From Octopus sinensis (lineage: Eukaryota): a DNA stretch of 64,000 nt. The notes beneath the pieces were generated by a model that saw only the letters and a list, made by a program, of their open reading frames with translations, was not told where the DNA came from and searched no databases. Both the position numbers and the translations under genes were made by a program. Below are positions 22,799 through 36,372 of the stretch, in pieces. The first letter of the stretch is position 1. The number at the start of each line of letters is the position of its first letter. The DNA lies in contig NC_043001.1 of the NCBI RefSeq assembly GCF_006345805.1, forward strand, positions 18,352,001-18,416,000. The letters run 5' to 3'.

Positions 22799-24764
22799 TT
22801 ATTTATTTTATTTTATCTAGTTTCAGCTCACGAGCTGTGGCCATGCTGGGGTACCGCCATTTGGTGTTGCTACATGATTTTGCTTCACGAATGCTTTTTA
22901 GCAATTGCCATTGAGGAGGTTCACGGCACCTCCTGCCGTGAACCAATTTCACGGCAGGAGGTGCAGATGAAGGCAGCTGCTTCGAACTCTCTCATGCACC
23001 AAATGGCAACTCATCTTGATGGCAAATTTGGAGTCCTTGGCACTATGTAGAGGCGCCCAGTTCTAGTATTTGTGCAACTCTCGATGCCAAAGTTTGGGAC
23101 AAGTCCTTCTAGGATCTTCCAGATGTATATTATGGCATATCTTTCTCGCCTACGCTCTAAGGAATAGTCTTAATGTCTTGAGTCTTTCCCAGTAGCTTAT
23201 ATGCTGCACAGAGTTTATCTTCTTCGTGTAGCTTCGTTGGATCGCCTCAAGTTCTGTGATTAACTTGACACTGGATGGTGACCATAGCTGAGAGCAATAG
23301 TCAAAGTGGCTTAGGACAAGTGTCATCCAGAGGACCATCATGGTTTCCTGATCTCTTGTTCTAAAGGTTCTAAGAATCCATCCTGTCAGTCGCCTCCATT
23401 TCATTGCCAATTTAGCAACATGCACATGAAAGGTTGCATCATTACTCATGTAAATACCCAGGTCTCGCACTGATTGTCCCTCTGGGATCGCAATCCCTCC
23501 AGGTCCAGTGTATTTATTGGGTATTACATTTAGTTTTGCATGCTGATAGCATAAAGCTTGAAACTTTTCTGCATTGAACTGCATGCTATTCTTTTCAGCC
23601 CACTTGTATATTTTGTCCAGCTCACATTGCAGGTGCATAGTGTCTTCAGGGTTGTGTATTACCTGTGAAACTTTTGTATCACCTGCATAACTTGTGATCG
23701 TGGCTCTCTGCGTGGCTGAGGGCATGTCTGAGAGGGCCATTATGAATAGTAGTGGTCCCAAAGCAGTGCCTTGCGGAACACCGCTCACTATTTGCGTGTT
23801 AATGGAAGTGGCTCCATTGGCTACTACCAGATGGCTTCTATACTTCAGAAAGTCATGAAGCCATTCGCCCAATTTTCCAACTATGCCAAGATCACGCAGT
23901 TTGTGACATATCATTCCATGATCTTGCTGATATGTGAGGTCAGAGAGATAGGTCTGTAGTTCTTGGCCTCCGCTCTGCTACCTCCATTATGAATAGGGCA
24001 TATTTTACCTTCCTTCAGTTTTCTTGGAAGTTTGCCAGTTGTAAGGAAGCTCTGAAAGAGGAAATGCAGTGGTCTTGCTAGGACTCTCTTACATACTTTT
24101 AGAAGGATTGCTGACTTGAAAATGCCCTAGGGGTGGAGTGAAAATACTCTTGAATTGCTCACTTAGTATTACACTTATCCTCATTAGATTTCCTGTGAGT
24201 GTGCCATCCTTTTCAAGGAGTGGCCCTATCCTACAGTGCACCGTAGCTGTTTCTTTGGCATACCTGTAGAAAGCTCTGGGGTTAGATTTTATGTTGTCTA
24301 TAGCCCAGGCTTCTTTGTCTGCTCTTTCTTTTTCATGGGAGAATTGCAGACATTTTTCAATTTCCAACAGTTTTATTTTCAGGCGGGACTTTTCACTGCT
24401 TTCAATTTGTTTGTTTAGGCGATTTGAAACATTTGTACGCGGTCTCATTAGAATTTTCCTCTCTCTGGGGATTTTGTTCTTGTGTACAGTGGCCTTTCTC
24501 TCTGGGACACATTGTAGCATATGGCTTGCATTACAGACATGAATTGTTGAAGTTTCATGTCGATGTCTGGCGAGGAGAGAAATTCAGGCAAGTTTTGTTT
24601 GAGGATCTCTTTCTCAATTTGTTTCCAGTTTGCCTTATGGAAGTTCAAGCTAGAAAGATTCTGAGAGTTTCTTGTAGACTGCATGTCCATGCTTTCCTTT
24701 CGTCCGTACATGGTCAGCTCTACCATGTTGTGATTCGAGAGTAGTGTCGGTGTCACTTTCACAT
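22799..24764 (-). mobile_element. LINE-C copy 2 (type I)
   Basis: Near-identical to copy 1; same TSD and junctions. Confidence 0.92.
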
Positions 24765-24800
24765 TATTTGATATTTATAAGTAAAAGATTTCATCAGCTG

Positions 24801-25677
24801 TCCTCGGTAGTATAGTGGTAAGTATCCCCGCCTGTCACGCGGGAGACCGGGGTTCGATTCCCCGCCGGGGAGGCATCGTAATTTTATTGCAAACATTTTA
24901 AACTAAAACTTTTTAATATATTCATTTGATATTTATAAGTAAAAGGTTTCGTCATCTGTCCTCGGTAGTATAGTGGTAAGTATCCCCGCCTGTCACGCGG
25001 GAGACCGGGGTTCGATTCCCCGCCGGGGAGGCATCGTAATTTTATTGCAAACATTTTAAACTAAAACGTTTTAATATATTTATTTGATATTTATAAGTAA
25101 AAGGTTTCATCAGCTGTCCTCGGTAGTATAGTGGTAAGTATCCCCGCCTGTCACGCGGGAGACCGGGGTTCGATTCCCCGCCGGGGAGACATCGTAATTT
25201 TATTGCAAATATGTAAAACTAGAACTTTTTAATATATTTATTTGATATTTATAAGTAAAAGGTTTCATCAGCTGTCCTCGGTAGTATAGTGGTAAGTATC
25301 CCCGCCTGTCACGCGGGAGCCGGGGTTCGATTCCCCGCCTGTCAGGCGGGAGACCGGGGTTCGATTCCCCGCCGGGGAGGCATCGTAATTTTATTGCAAA
25401 CATTTTAAACTAAAACTTTTTAAGATATTTATTTGATATTTATAAGTAAACGGTTTCATCAGCTGTCCTCGGTAGTATAGTGGTAAGTATCCCCGCCTGT
25501 CACGCGGGAGACCGGGGTTCGATTCCCCGCCGGGGAGGCATCGTAATTTTATTGCAAATATGTAAAACTAGAACTTTTTAATATATTTATTTGATATTTA
25601 TAAGTAAAAGGTTTCATCAGCTGTCCTCGGTAGTATAGTGGTAAGTATCCCCACCTGTCACGCGGGAGACCGGGGTT
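24801..25677 (+). tRNA. tRNA-Asp: tRNA-Asp x6 (24801, 24959, 25117, 25275 1.5-mer, 25466, 25624 truncated)
   Basis: Consensus match. Confidence 0.92.
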
Positions 25678-25708
25678 TGCAAACATTTTAAACTTTTTAA
25701 TATTTGAT

Positions 25709-27675
25709 TTATTTATTTTATTTTATCTAGTTTCAGGAACGAGCTGTGGCCATGCTGGGGTACCGCCATTTGGTGTTGCTACATGATTTTGCTTCACGAA
25801 TGCTTTTTAGCAATTGCCATTGAGGAGGTTCACGGCACCTCCTGCCGTGAACCAATTTCACGGCAGGAGGTGCAGATGAAGGCAGCTGCTTCGAACTCTC
25901 TCATGCACCAAATGGCAACTCATCTTGATGGCAAATTTGGAGTCCTTGGCACTATGTAGAGGCGCCCAGTTCTAGTATTTGTGCAACTCTCGATGCCAAA
26001 GTTTGGGACAAGTCCTTCTAGGATCTTCCAGATGTATATTATGGCATATCTTTCTCGCCTACGCTCTAAGGAATAGTCTTAATGTCTTGAGTCTTTCCCA
26101 GTAGCTTATATGCTGCACAGAGTTTATCTTCTTCGTGTAGCTTCGTTGGATCGCCTCAAGTTCTGTGATTAACTTGACACTGGATGGTGACCATAGCTGA
26201 GAGCAATAGTCAAAGTGGCTTAGGACAAGTGTCATCCAGAGGACCATCATGGTTTCCTGATCTCTTGTTCTAAAGGTTCTAAGAATCCATCCTGTCAGTC
26301 GCCTCCATTTCATTGCCAATTTAGCAACATGCACATGAAAGGTTGCATCATTACTCATGTAAATACCCAGGTCTCGCACTGATTGTCCCTCTGGGATCGC
26401 AATCCCTCCAGGTCCAGTGTATTTATTGGGTATTACATTTAGTTTTGCATGCTGATAGCATAAAGCTTGAAACTTTTCTGCATTGAACTGCATGCTATTC
26501 TTTTCACAGCCCACTTGTATATTTTGTCCAGCTCACATTGCAGGTGCATAGTGTCTTCAGGGTTGTGTATTACCTGTGAAACTTTTGTATCACCTGCATA
26601 ACTTGTGATCGTGGCTCTCTGCGTGGCTGAGGGCATGTCTGAGAGGGCCATTATGAATAGTAGTGGTCCCAAAGCAGTGCCTTGCGGAACACCGCTCACT
26701 ATTTGCGTGTTAATGGAAGTGGCTCCATTGGCTACTACCAGATGGCTTCTATACTTCAGAAAGTCATGAAGCCATTCGCCCATTTTCCAACTATGCCAAG
26801 ATCACGCAGTTTGTGACATATCATTCCATGATCTTGCTGATATGTGAGGTCAGAGAGATAGGTCTGTAGTTCTTGGCCTCCGCTCTGCTACCTCCATTAT
26901 GAATAGGGCATATTTTACCTTCCTTCAGTTTTCTTGGAAGTTTGCCAGTTGTAAGGAAGCTCTGAAAGAGGAAATGCAGTGGTCTTGCTAGGACTCTCTT
27001 ACATACTTTTAGAAGGATTGCTGACTTGAAAATGCCCTAGGGGTGGAGTGAAAATACTCTTGAATTGCTCACTTAGTATTACACTTATCCTCATTAGATT
27101 TCCTGTGAGTGTGCCATCCTTTTCAAGGAGTGGCCCTATCCTACAGTGCACCGTAGCTGTTTCTTTGGCATACCTGTAGAAAGCTCTGGGGTTAGATTTT
27201 ATGTTGTCTATAGCCCAGGCTTCTTTGTCTGCTCTTTCTTTTCATGGGAGAATTGCAGACATTTTTCAATTTCCAACAGTTTTATTTTCAGGCGGGACTT
27301 TTCACTGCTTTCAATTTGTTTGTTTAGGCGATTTGAAACATTTGTACGCGGTCTCATTAGAATTTTCCTCTCTCTGGGGATTTTGTTCTTGTGTACAGTG
27401 GCCTTTCTCTCTGGGACACATTTGTAGCATATGGCTTGCATTACAGACATGAATTGTTGAAGTTTCATGTCGATGTCTGGCGAGGAGAGAAATTCAGGCA
27501 AGTTTTGTTGTGAGGATCTCTTTCTCAATTTGTTTCCAGTTTGCCTTATGGAAGTTCAAGCTAGAAAGATTCTGAGAGTTTCTTGTAGACTGCATGTCCA
27601 TGCTTTCCTTTCGTCCGTACATGGTCAGCTCTACCATGTTGTGATTCGAGAGTAGTGTCGGTGTCACTTTCACAT
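25709..27675 (-). mobile_element. LINE-C copy 3 (type I)
   Basis: Near-identical to copy 1. Confidence 0.92.
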
Positions 27676-27711
27676 TATTTGATATTTATAAGTAAAAGAT
27701 TTCATCAGCTG

Positions 27712-29446
27712 TCCTCGGTAGTATAGTGGTAAGTATCCCCGCCTGTCACGCGGGAGACCGGGGTTCGATTCCCCGCCGGGGAGGCATGTTACTTTTATTG
27801 CAAACATTTTAAACTAAAACTTTTTAATATATTCATTTGATATTTATAAGTAAAAGGTTTCGTCAGCTGTCCTCGGTAGTATAGTGGTAAGTATCCCCGC
27901 CTGTCACGCGGGAGACCGGGGTTCGATTCCCCGCCGGGGAGGCATCGTATTTTATTGCAAACATTTTAAACTAAAACTTTTTAATATATTCATTTGATAT
28001 TTATAAGTAAAAGGTTTCGTCATCTGTCCTCGGTAGTATAGTGGTAAGTATCCCCGCCTGTCACGCGGGAGACCGGGGTTCGATTCCCCGCCGGGGAGGC
28101 ATCTTAATTTTATTGCAAACATTTTAAACTAAAACGTTTAATATATTTATTTGATACTAGCAGTATCGCCAGGCGTTGCTCGGGTTTGTAAGGGAAAAAC
28201 TATATAAGCATTTTTATAGATGTAAAGTATAATGGCCATCTCAATATGGCTAACCACAAAGGGAGGGGGTGTTACTGTAGCTTTTTGCGTTCTGAGATTT
28301 AATAATAAATTTTTAGAGAGTTACTTCCCTGATATAATAGCAAAAAATGCATTAAAAAAATGGAAAAAATGATGGTAAATTTTTTAAAAAATCGTAGACT
28401 CATCGTAGACGCGCGCTAATACCCAGAAGGGCTCTATATGAATCACGACTATAAGATACCCGCTTTTGGTTAAACTGCACCGCAAAATGTGGGAGTAGTT
28501 AGGAATCTAAATCGTAGGAGATAGACACACAACTTCACTTTTATATATAAAGATTTGTAAGTAAAATGCTTCATCAGCTGTCCTCGGTAGTATAGTGGTA
28601 AGTATCCCCGCCTGTCACGCGGGAGACCGGGGTTCGATTCCCCGCCGGGGACATCTTAATCTTAATTTTATTGCAAATATTTAAAACTAAAACTTTTTAA
28701 TATATTTATTTGATATTTATAAGTAAAAGGTTTCATCAGCTGTCCTCGGTAGTATAGTGGTAAGTATCCCCGCCTGTCACGCGGGACCGGGGTTCGATTC
28801 CCCGCCTGTCAGGCGGGAGACCGGGGTTCGATTCCCCGCCGGGGAGGCATCGTAATTTTATTGCAAATATTTAAACTAAAACTTTTTAATATATTTATTT
28901 GATATTTATAAGTAAAAGGTTTCATCAGCTGTCCTCGGTAGTATAGTGGTAAGTATACCCGCCTGTCACGCGGGAGACCGGGGTTCGATTCCCCGCCGGG
29001 GAGGCATCGTAATTTTATTGCAAACATTTTAAACTAAAACTTTTTAATATATTTATTTGATATTTATAAGTAAAAGGTTTCATCAGCTGTCCTCGGTAGT
29101 ATAGTGGTAAGTATCCCCGCCTGTCACGCGGGAGACCGGGGTTTGATTCCCCGCCGGGGAGGCATCGTAATTTTATTGCAAATATGTAAAACTAGAACTT
29201 TTTAATATATTTATTTGATATTTATAAGTAAAAGGTTTCATCAGCTGTCCTCGGTAGTATAGTGGTAAGTATCCCCGCCTGTCACGCGGGAGACCGGGGT
29301 TCGATTCCCCGCTGGGGAGGCAACGTAATTTCATTGCAAACATCTTAAACTAAAACTTTTTAATATATATAAGTAAAAGGTTTCATCAGCTGTCCTCGGT
29401 AGTATAGTGGTAAGTATCCCCGCCTGTCACGCGGGAGACCGGGGTT
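27712..29446 (+). tRNA. tRNA-Asp: tRNA-Asp x9 (27712, 27870, 28027, 28581, 28743 1.5-mer, 28932, 29090, 29248, 29393 truncated)
   Basis: Consensus match. Confidence 0.92.
28157..28553 (-). mobile_element. Helitron family A
   Basis: Same sequence and site as 21153-21549. Confidence 0.85.
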
Positions 29447-29477
29447 TGCAAACATTTTAAACTTTTTAATATTTGAT

Positions 29478-31442
29478 TTATTTATTTATTTTATCTAGTT
29501 TCAGCTCACGAGCTGTGGCCATGCTGGGTACCGCCATTTGGTGTTGCTACATGATTTTGCTTCACGAATGCTTTTTAGCAATTGCCATTGAGGAGGTTCA
29601 CGGCACCTCCTGCCGTGAACCAATTTCACGGCAGGAGGTGCAGATGAAGGCAGCTGCTTCGAACTCTCTCATGCACCAAATGGCAACTCATCTTGATGGC
29701 AAATTTGGAGTCCTTGGCACTATGTAGAGGCGCCCAGTTCTAGTATTTGTGCAACTCTCGATGCCAAAGTTTGGGACAAGTCCTTCTAGGATCTTCCAGA
29801 TGTATATTATGGCATATCTTTCTCGCCTACGCTCTAAGGAATAGTCTTAATGTCTTGAGTCTTTCCCAGTAGCTTATATGCTGCACAGAGTTTATCTTCT
29901 TCGTGTAGCTTCGTTGGATCGCCTCAAGTTCTGTGATTAACTTGACACTGGATGGTGACCATAGCTGAGAGCAATAGTCAAAGTGGCTTAGGACAAGTGT
30001 CATCCAGAGGACCATCATGGTTTCCTGATCTCTTGTTCTAAAGGTTCTAAGAATCCATCCGGTCAGTCGCCTCCATTTCATTGCCAATTTAGCAACATGC
30101 ACATGAAAGGTTGCATCATTACTCATGTAAATACCCAGGTCTCGCACTGATTGTCCCTCTGGGATCGCAATCCCTCCAGGTCCAGTGTATTTATTGGGTA
30201 TTACATTTAGTTTTGCATGCTGATAGCATAAAGCTTGAAACTTTTCTGCATTGAACTGCATGCTATTCTTTTCAGCCCACTTGTATATTTTGTCCAGCTC
30301 ACATTGCAGGTGCATAGTGTCTTCAGGGTTGTGTATTACCTGTGAAACTTTTGTATCACCTGCATAACTTGTGATCGTGGCTCTCTGCGTGGCTGAGGGC
30401 ATGTCTGAGAGGGCCATTATGAATAGTAGTGGTCCCAAAGCAGTGCCTTGCGGAACACCGCTCACTATTTGCGTGTTAATGGAAGTGGCTCCATTGGCTA
30501 CTACCAGATGGCTTCTATACTTCAGAAAGTCATGAAGCCATTCGCCCAATTTTCCAACTATGCCAAGATCACGCAGTTTGTGACATATCATTCCATGATC
30601 TTGCTGATATGTGAGGTCAGAGAGATAGGTCTGTAGTTCTTGGCCTCCGTTCTGCTACCTCCATTATGAATAGGGCATATTTTACCTTCCTTCAGTTTTC
30701 TTGGAAGTTTGCCAGTTGTAAGGAAGCTCTGAAAGAGGAAATGCAGTGGTCTTGCTAGGACTCTCTTACATACTTTTAGAAGGATTGCTGACTTGAAAAT
30801 GCCCTAGGGGTGGAGTGAAAATACTCTTGAATTGCTCACTTAGTATTACACTTATCCTCATTAGATTTCCTGTGAGTGTGCCATCCTTTTCAAGGAGTGG
30901 CCCTATCCTACAGTGCACCGTAGCTGTTTCTTTGGCATACCTGTAGAAAGCTCTGGGGTTAGATTTTATGTTGTCTATAGCCCAGGCTTCTTTGTCTGCT
31001 CTTTCTTTTTCATGGGAGAATTGCAGACATTTTTCAATTTCCAACAGTTTTATTTTCAGGCGGGACTTTTCACTGCTTTCAATTTGTTTGTTTAGGCGAT
31101 TTGAAACATTTGTACGCGGTCTCATTAGAATTTTCCTCTCTCTGGGGATTTTGTTCTTGTGTACAGTGGCCTTTCTCTCTGGGACACATTTGTAGCATAT
31201 GGCTTGCATTACAGACATGAATTGTTGAAGTTTCATGTCGATGTCTGGCGAGGAGAGAAATTCAGGCAAGTTTTGTTTGAGGATCTCTTTCTCAATTTGT
31301 TTCCAGTTTGCCTTATGGAAGTTCAAGCTAGAAAGATTCTGAGAGTTTCTTGTAGACTGCATGTCCATGCTTTCCTTTCGTCCGTACATGGTCAGCTCTA
31401 CCATGTTGTGATTCGAGAGTAGTGTCGGTGTAACTTTCACAT
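29478..31442 (-). mobile_element. LINE-C copy 4 (type I)
   Basis: Near-identical to copy 1. Confidence 0.92.
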
Positions 31443-31478
31443 TATTTGATATTTATAAGTAAAAGATTTCATCAGCTG

Positions 31479-32718
31479 TCCTCGGTAGTATAGTGGTAAG
31501 TATCCCCGCCTGTCACGCGGGAGACCGGGGTTCGATTCCCCGCCGGGGAGGCATGTTACTTTTATTGCAAACATTTTAAACTAAAACTTTTTAATATATT
31601 CATTTGATATTTATAAGTAAAAGGTTTCGTCAGCTGTCCTCGGTAGTATAGTGGTAAGTATCCCCGCCTGTCACGCGGGAGACCGGGGTTCGATTCCCCG
31701 CCGGGGAGGCATCGTAATTTTATTGCAAACATTTTAAACTAAAACTTTTTAATATATTCATTTGATATTTATAAGTAAAAGGTTTCGTCATCTGTCCTCG
31801 GTAGTATAGTGGTAAGTATCCCCGCCTGTCACGCGGGAGACCGGGGTTCGATTCCCCGCAGGGGAGGCATCTTAATTTTATTGCAAACATTTTAAACTAA
31901 AACGTTTTAATATATTTATTTGATACTAGCAGTATCGCCCGGCGTTGCTCGGGTTTGTAAGGGAAATAACTATATAAGCATTTTTATAGATGTAAAGTAT
32001 AATGGCCATCTCAATATGGCTAACCACAAAGGGAGGGGGTGTTACTGTAGCTTTTTACGTCTGAGATTTAATAATAAATTTTTAGAGAGTTACTTCCCTG
32101 ATATAATAGCAAAAAATGCATTAAAAAATGGAAAAAATGATGGTAAATTTTTTAAAAAATCGTAGACTCATCGTAGACGCGCGCTAATACCCAGAAGGGC
32201 TCTATATGAATCACGACTATAAGATACCCGCTTTTGGTTAAACTGCACCGCAAAATGTGGGAGTAGTTAGGAATCTAAATCGTAGGAGATAGACACACAA
32301 CTTCACTTTTATATATAAAGATTTGTAAGTAAAATGCTTCATCAGCTGTCCTCGGTAGTATAGTGGTAAGTATCCCCGCCTGTCACGCGGGAGACCGGGG
32401 TTCGATTCCCCGCCGGGGAGGCATCTTAATTTTATTGCAAACATTTTAAACTAAAACTTTTTAATATATTTATTTGATATTTATAAGTAAAAGGTTTCAT
32501 CAGCTGTCCTCGGTAGTATAGTGGTAAGTATCCCCGCCTGTCACGCGGGAGACCGGGGTTGGATTCCCCGCCGGGGAGGCTTCGTAATTTTATTGCAAAT
32601 ATGTAAAACTAGAACTTTTTAATATATTTATTTGATATTTATAAGTAAAAGGTTTCATCAGCTGTCCTCGGTAGTATAGTGGTAAGTATCCCCGCCTGTC
32701 ACGCGGGAGACCGGGGTT
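31479..32718 (+). tRNA. tRNA-Asp: tRNA-Asp x6 (31479, 31637, 31795, 32349, 32507, 32665 truncated)
   Basis: Consensus match. Confidence 0.92.
31926..32321 (-). mobile_element. Helitron family A
   Basis: Same sequence and site as 21153-21549. Confidence 0.85.
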
Positions 32719-32749
32719 TGCAAACATTTTAAACTTTTTAATATTTGAT

Positions 32750-34713
32750 TTATTTATTTTATTTTATCTAGTTTCAGCTCACGAGCTGTGGCCATGCTGG
32801 AGTACCGCCATTTGGTGTTGCTACATGATTTTGCTTCACGAATGCTTTTTAGCAATTGCCATTGAGGAGGTTCACGGCACCTCCTGCCGTGAACAATTTC
32901 ACGGCAGGAGGTGCAGATGAAGGCAGCTGCTTCGAACTCTCTCATGCACCAAATGGCAACTCATCTTGATGGCAAATTTGGAGTCCTTGGCACTATGTAG
33001 AGGCGCCCAGTTCTAGTATTTGTGCAACTCTCGATGCCAAGTTTGGGACAAGTCCTTCTAGGATCTTCCAGATGTATATTATGGCATATCTTTCTCGCCT
33101 ACGCTCTAAGGAATAGTCTTAATGTCTTGAGTCTTTCCCAGTAGCTTATATGCTGCACAGAGTTTATCTTCTTCGTGTAGCTTCGTTGGATCGCCTCAAG
33201 TTCTGTGATTAACTTGACACTGGATGGTGACCATAGCTGAGAGCAATAGTCAAAGTGGCTTAGGACAAGTGTCATCCAGAGGACCATCATGGTTTCCTGA
33301 TCTCTTGTTCTAAAGGTTCTAAGAATCCATCCGGTCAGTCGCCTCCATTTCATTGCCAATTTAGCAACATGCACATGAAAGGTTGCATCATTACTCATGT
33401 AAATACCCAGGTCTCGCACTGATTGTCCCTCTGGGATCGCAATCCCTCCAGGTCCAGTGTATTTATTGGGTATTACATTTAGTTTTGCATGCTGATAGCA
33501 TAAAGCTTGAAACTTTTCTGCATTGAACTGCATGCTATTCTTTTCAGCCCACTTGTATATTTTGTCCAGCTCACATTGCAGGTGCATAGTGTCTTCAGGG
33601 TTGTGTATTACCTGTGAAACTTTTGTATCACCTGCATAACTTGTGATCGTGGCTCTCTGCGTGGCTGAGGGCATGTCTGAGAGGGCCATTATGAATAGTA
33701 GTGGTCCCAAAGCAGTGCCTTGCGGAACACCGCTCACTATTTGCGTGTTAATGGAAGTGGCTCCATTGGCTACTACCAGATGGCTTCTATACTTCAGAAA
33801 GTCATGAAGCCATTCGCCCAATTTTCCAACTATGCCAAGATCACGCAGTTTGTGACATATCATTCCATGATCTTGCTGATATGTGAGGTCAGAGAGATAG
33901 GTCTGTAGTTCTTGGCCTCCGCTCTGCTACCTCCATTATGAATAGGGCATATTTTACCTTCCTTCAGTTTTCTTGGAAGTTTGCCAGTTGTAAGGAAGCT
34001 CTGAAAGAGGAAATGCAGTGGTCTTGCTAGGACTCTCTTACATACTTTTAGAAGGATTGCTGACTTGAAAATGCCCTAGGGGTGGAGTGAAAATACTCTT
34101 GAATTGCTCACTTAGTATTACACTTATCCTCATTAGATTTCCTGTGAGTGTGCCATCCTTTTCAAGGAGTGGCCCTATCCTACAGTGCACCGTAGCTGTT
34201 TCTTTGGCATACCTGTAGAAAGCTCTGGGGTTAGATTTTATGTTGTCTATAGCCCAGGCTTCTTTGTCTGCTCTTTCTTTTTCATGGGAGAATTGCAGAC
34301 ATTTTTCAATTTCCAACAGTTTTATTTTCAGGCGGGACTTTTCACTGCTTTCAATTTGTTTGTTTAGGCGATTTGAAACATTTGTACGCGGTCTCATTAG
34401 AATTTTCCTCTCTCTGGGGATTTTGTTCTGTGTACAGTGGCCTTTCTCTCTGGGACACATTTGTAGCATATGGCTTGCATTACAGACATGAATTGTTGAA
34501 GTTTCATGTCGATGTCTGGCGAGGAGAGAAATTCAGGCAAGTTTTGTTTGAGGATCTCTTTCTCAATTTGTTTCCAGTTTGCCTTATGGAAGTTCAAGCT
34601 AGAAAGATTCTGAGAGTTTCTTGTAGACTGCATGTCCATGCTTTCCTTTCGTCCGTACATGGTCAGCTCTACCATGTTGTGATTCGAGAGTAGTGTCGGT
34701 GTCACTTTCACAT
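32750..34713 (-). mobile_element. LINE-C copy 5 (type I)
   Basis: Near-identical to copy 1. Confidence 0.92.
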
Positions 34714-34749
34714 TATTTGATATTTATAAGTAAAAGATTTCATCAGCTG

Positions 34750-36341
34750 TCCTCGGTAGTATAGTGGTAAGTATCCCCGCCTGTCACGCGGGAGACCGGG
34801 GTTCGATTCCCCGCCGGGGAGGCATGTTACTTTTATTGCAAACATTTTAAACTAAAACTTTTTAATATATTCATTTGATATTTATAAGTAAAAGGTTTCG
34901 TCAGCTGTCCTCGGTAGTATAGTGGTAAGTATCCCCGCCTGTCACGCGGGAGACCGGGGTTCGATTCCCCGCCGGGGAGGCATCGTAATTTTATTGCAAA
35001 CATTTTAAACTAAAACTTTTTAATATATTCATTTGATATTTATAAGTAAAAGGTTTCGTCATCTGTCCTCGGTAGTATAGTGGTAAGTATCCCCGCCTGT
35101 CACGCGGGAGACCGGGGTTCGATTCCCCGCCGGGGAGGCATCTTAATTTTATTGCAAACATTTTAAACTAAAACGTTTTAATATATTTATTTGATACTAG
35201 CAGTATCGCCCGGCGTTGCTCGGGTTTGTAAGGGAAATAACTATATAAGCATTTTTATAGATGTAAAGTATAATGGCCATCTCAATATGGCTAACCACAA
35301 AGGGAGGGGGTGTTACTGTAGCTTTTTACGTTCTGAGATTTAATAATAAATTTTTAGAGAGTTACTTCCTTGATATAATAGCAAAAAATGCATTAAAAAA
35401 ATGGAAAAAATGATGGTAAATTTTTAAAAAAATCGTAGACTCATCGTAGACGCGCGCTAATACCCAGAAGGGCTCTATATGAATCACGACTATAAGATAC
35501 CCGCTTTTGGTTAAACTGCACCGCAAAATGTGGGAGTAGTTAGGAATCTAAATCGTAGGAGATAGACACACAACTTCACTTTTATATATAAAGATTTGTA
35601 AGTAAAATGCTTCATCAGCTGTCCTCGGTAGTATAGTGGTAAGTATCCCCGCCTGTCACGCGGGAGACCGGGGTTCGATTCCCCGCCGGGGAGGCATCTT
35701 AATTTTATTGCAAATATTTAAAACTAAAACTTTTTAATATATTTATTTGATATTTATAAGTAAAAGGTTTCATCAGCTGTCCTCGGTAGTATAGTGGTAA
35801 GTATCCCCGCCTGTCACGCGGGAGACCGGGGTTCGATTCCCCGCCTGTCAGGCGGGAGACCGGGGTTCGATTCCCCGCCGGGGAGGCATCGTAATTTTAT
35901 TGCAAATATTTTAAACGAAAACTTTTTAATATATTTATTTGATATTTATAAGTAAAAGGTTTCATCAGCTGTCCTCGGTAGTATAGTGGTAAGTATCCCC
36001 GCCTGTCACGCGGGAGACCGGGGTTCGATTCCCCGCCGGGGAGGCATCGTAATTTTATTGCAAACATTTTAAACTAAAACTTTTTAATATATTTATTTGA
36101 TATTTATAAGTAAAAGGTTTCATCAGCTGTCCTCGGTAGTATAGTGGTAAGTATCCCCGCCTGTCACGCGGGAGACCGGGGTTCGATTCCCCGCCGGGGA
36201 GGCATCGTAATTTTATTGCAAATATGTAAAACTAGAACTTTTTAATATATTTATTTGATATTTATCAGTAAAAGGTTTCATCAGCTGTCCTCGGTAGTAT
36301 AGTGGTAAGTATCCCCGCCTGTCACGCGGGAGACCGGGGTT
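34750..36341 (+). tRNA. tRNA-Asp: tRNA-Asp x8 (34750, 34908, 35066, 35622, 35780 1.5-mer, 35972, 36130, 36288 truncated)
   Basis: Consensus match. Confidence 0.92.
35197..35594 (-). mobile_element. Helitron family A
   Basis: Same sequence and site as 21153-21549. Confidence 0.85.
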
Positions 36342-36372
36342 TGCAAACATTTTAAACTTTTTAATATTTGAT

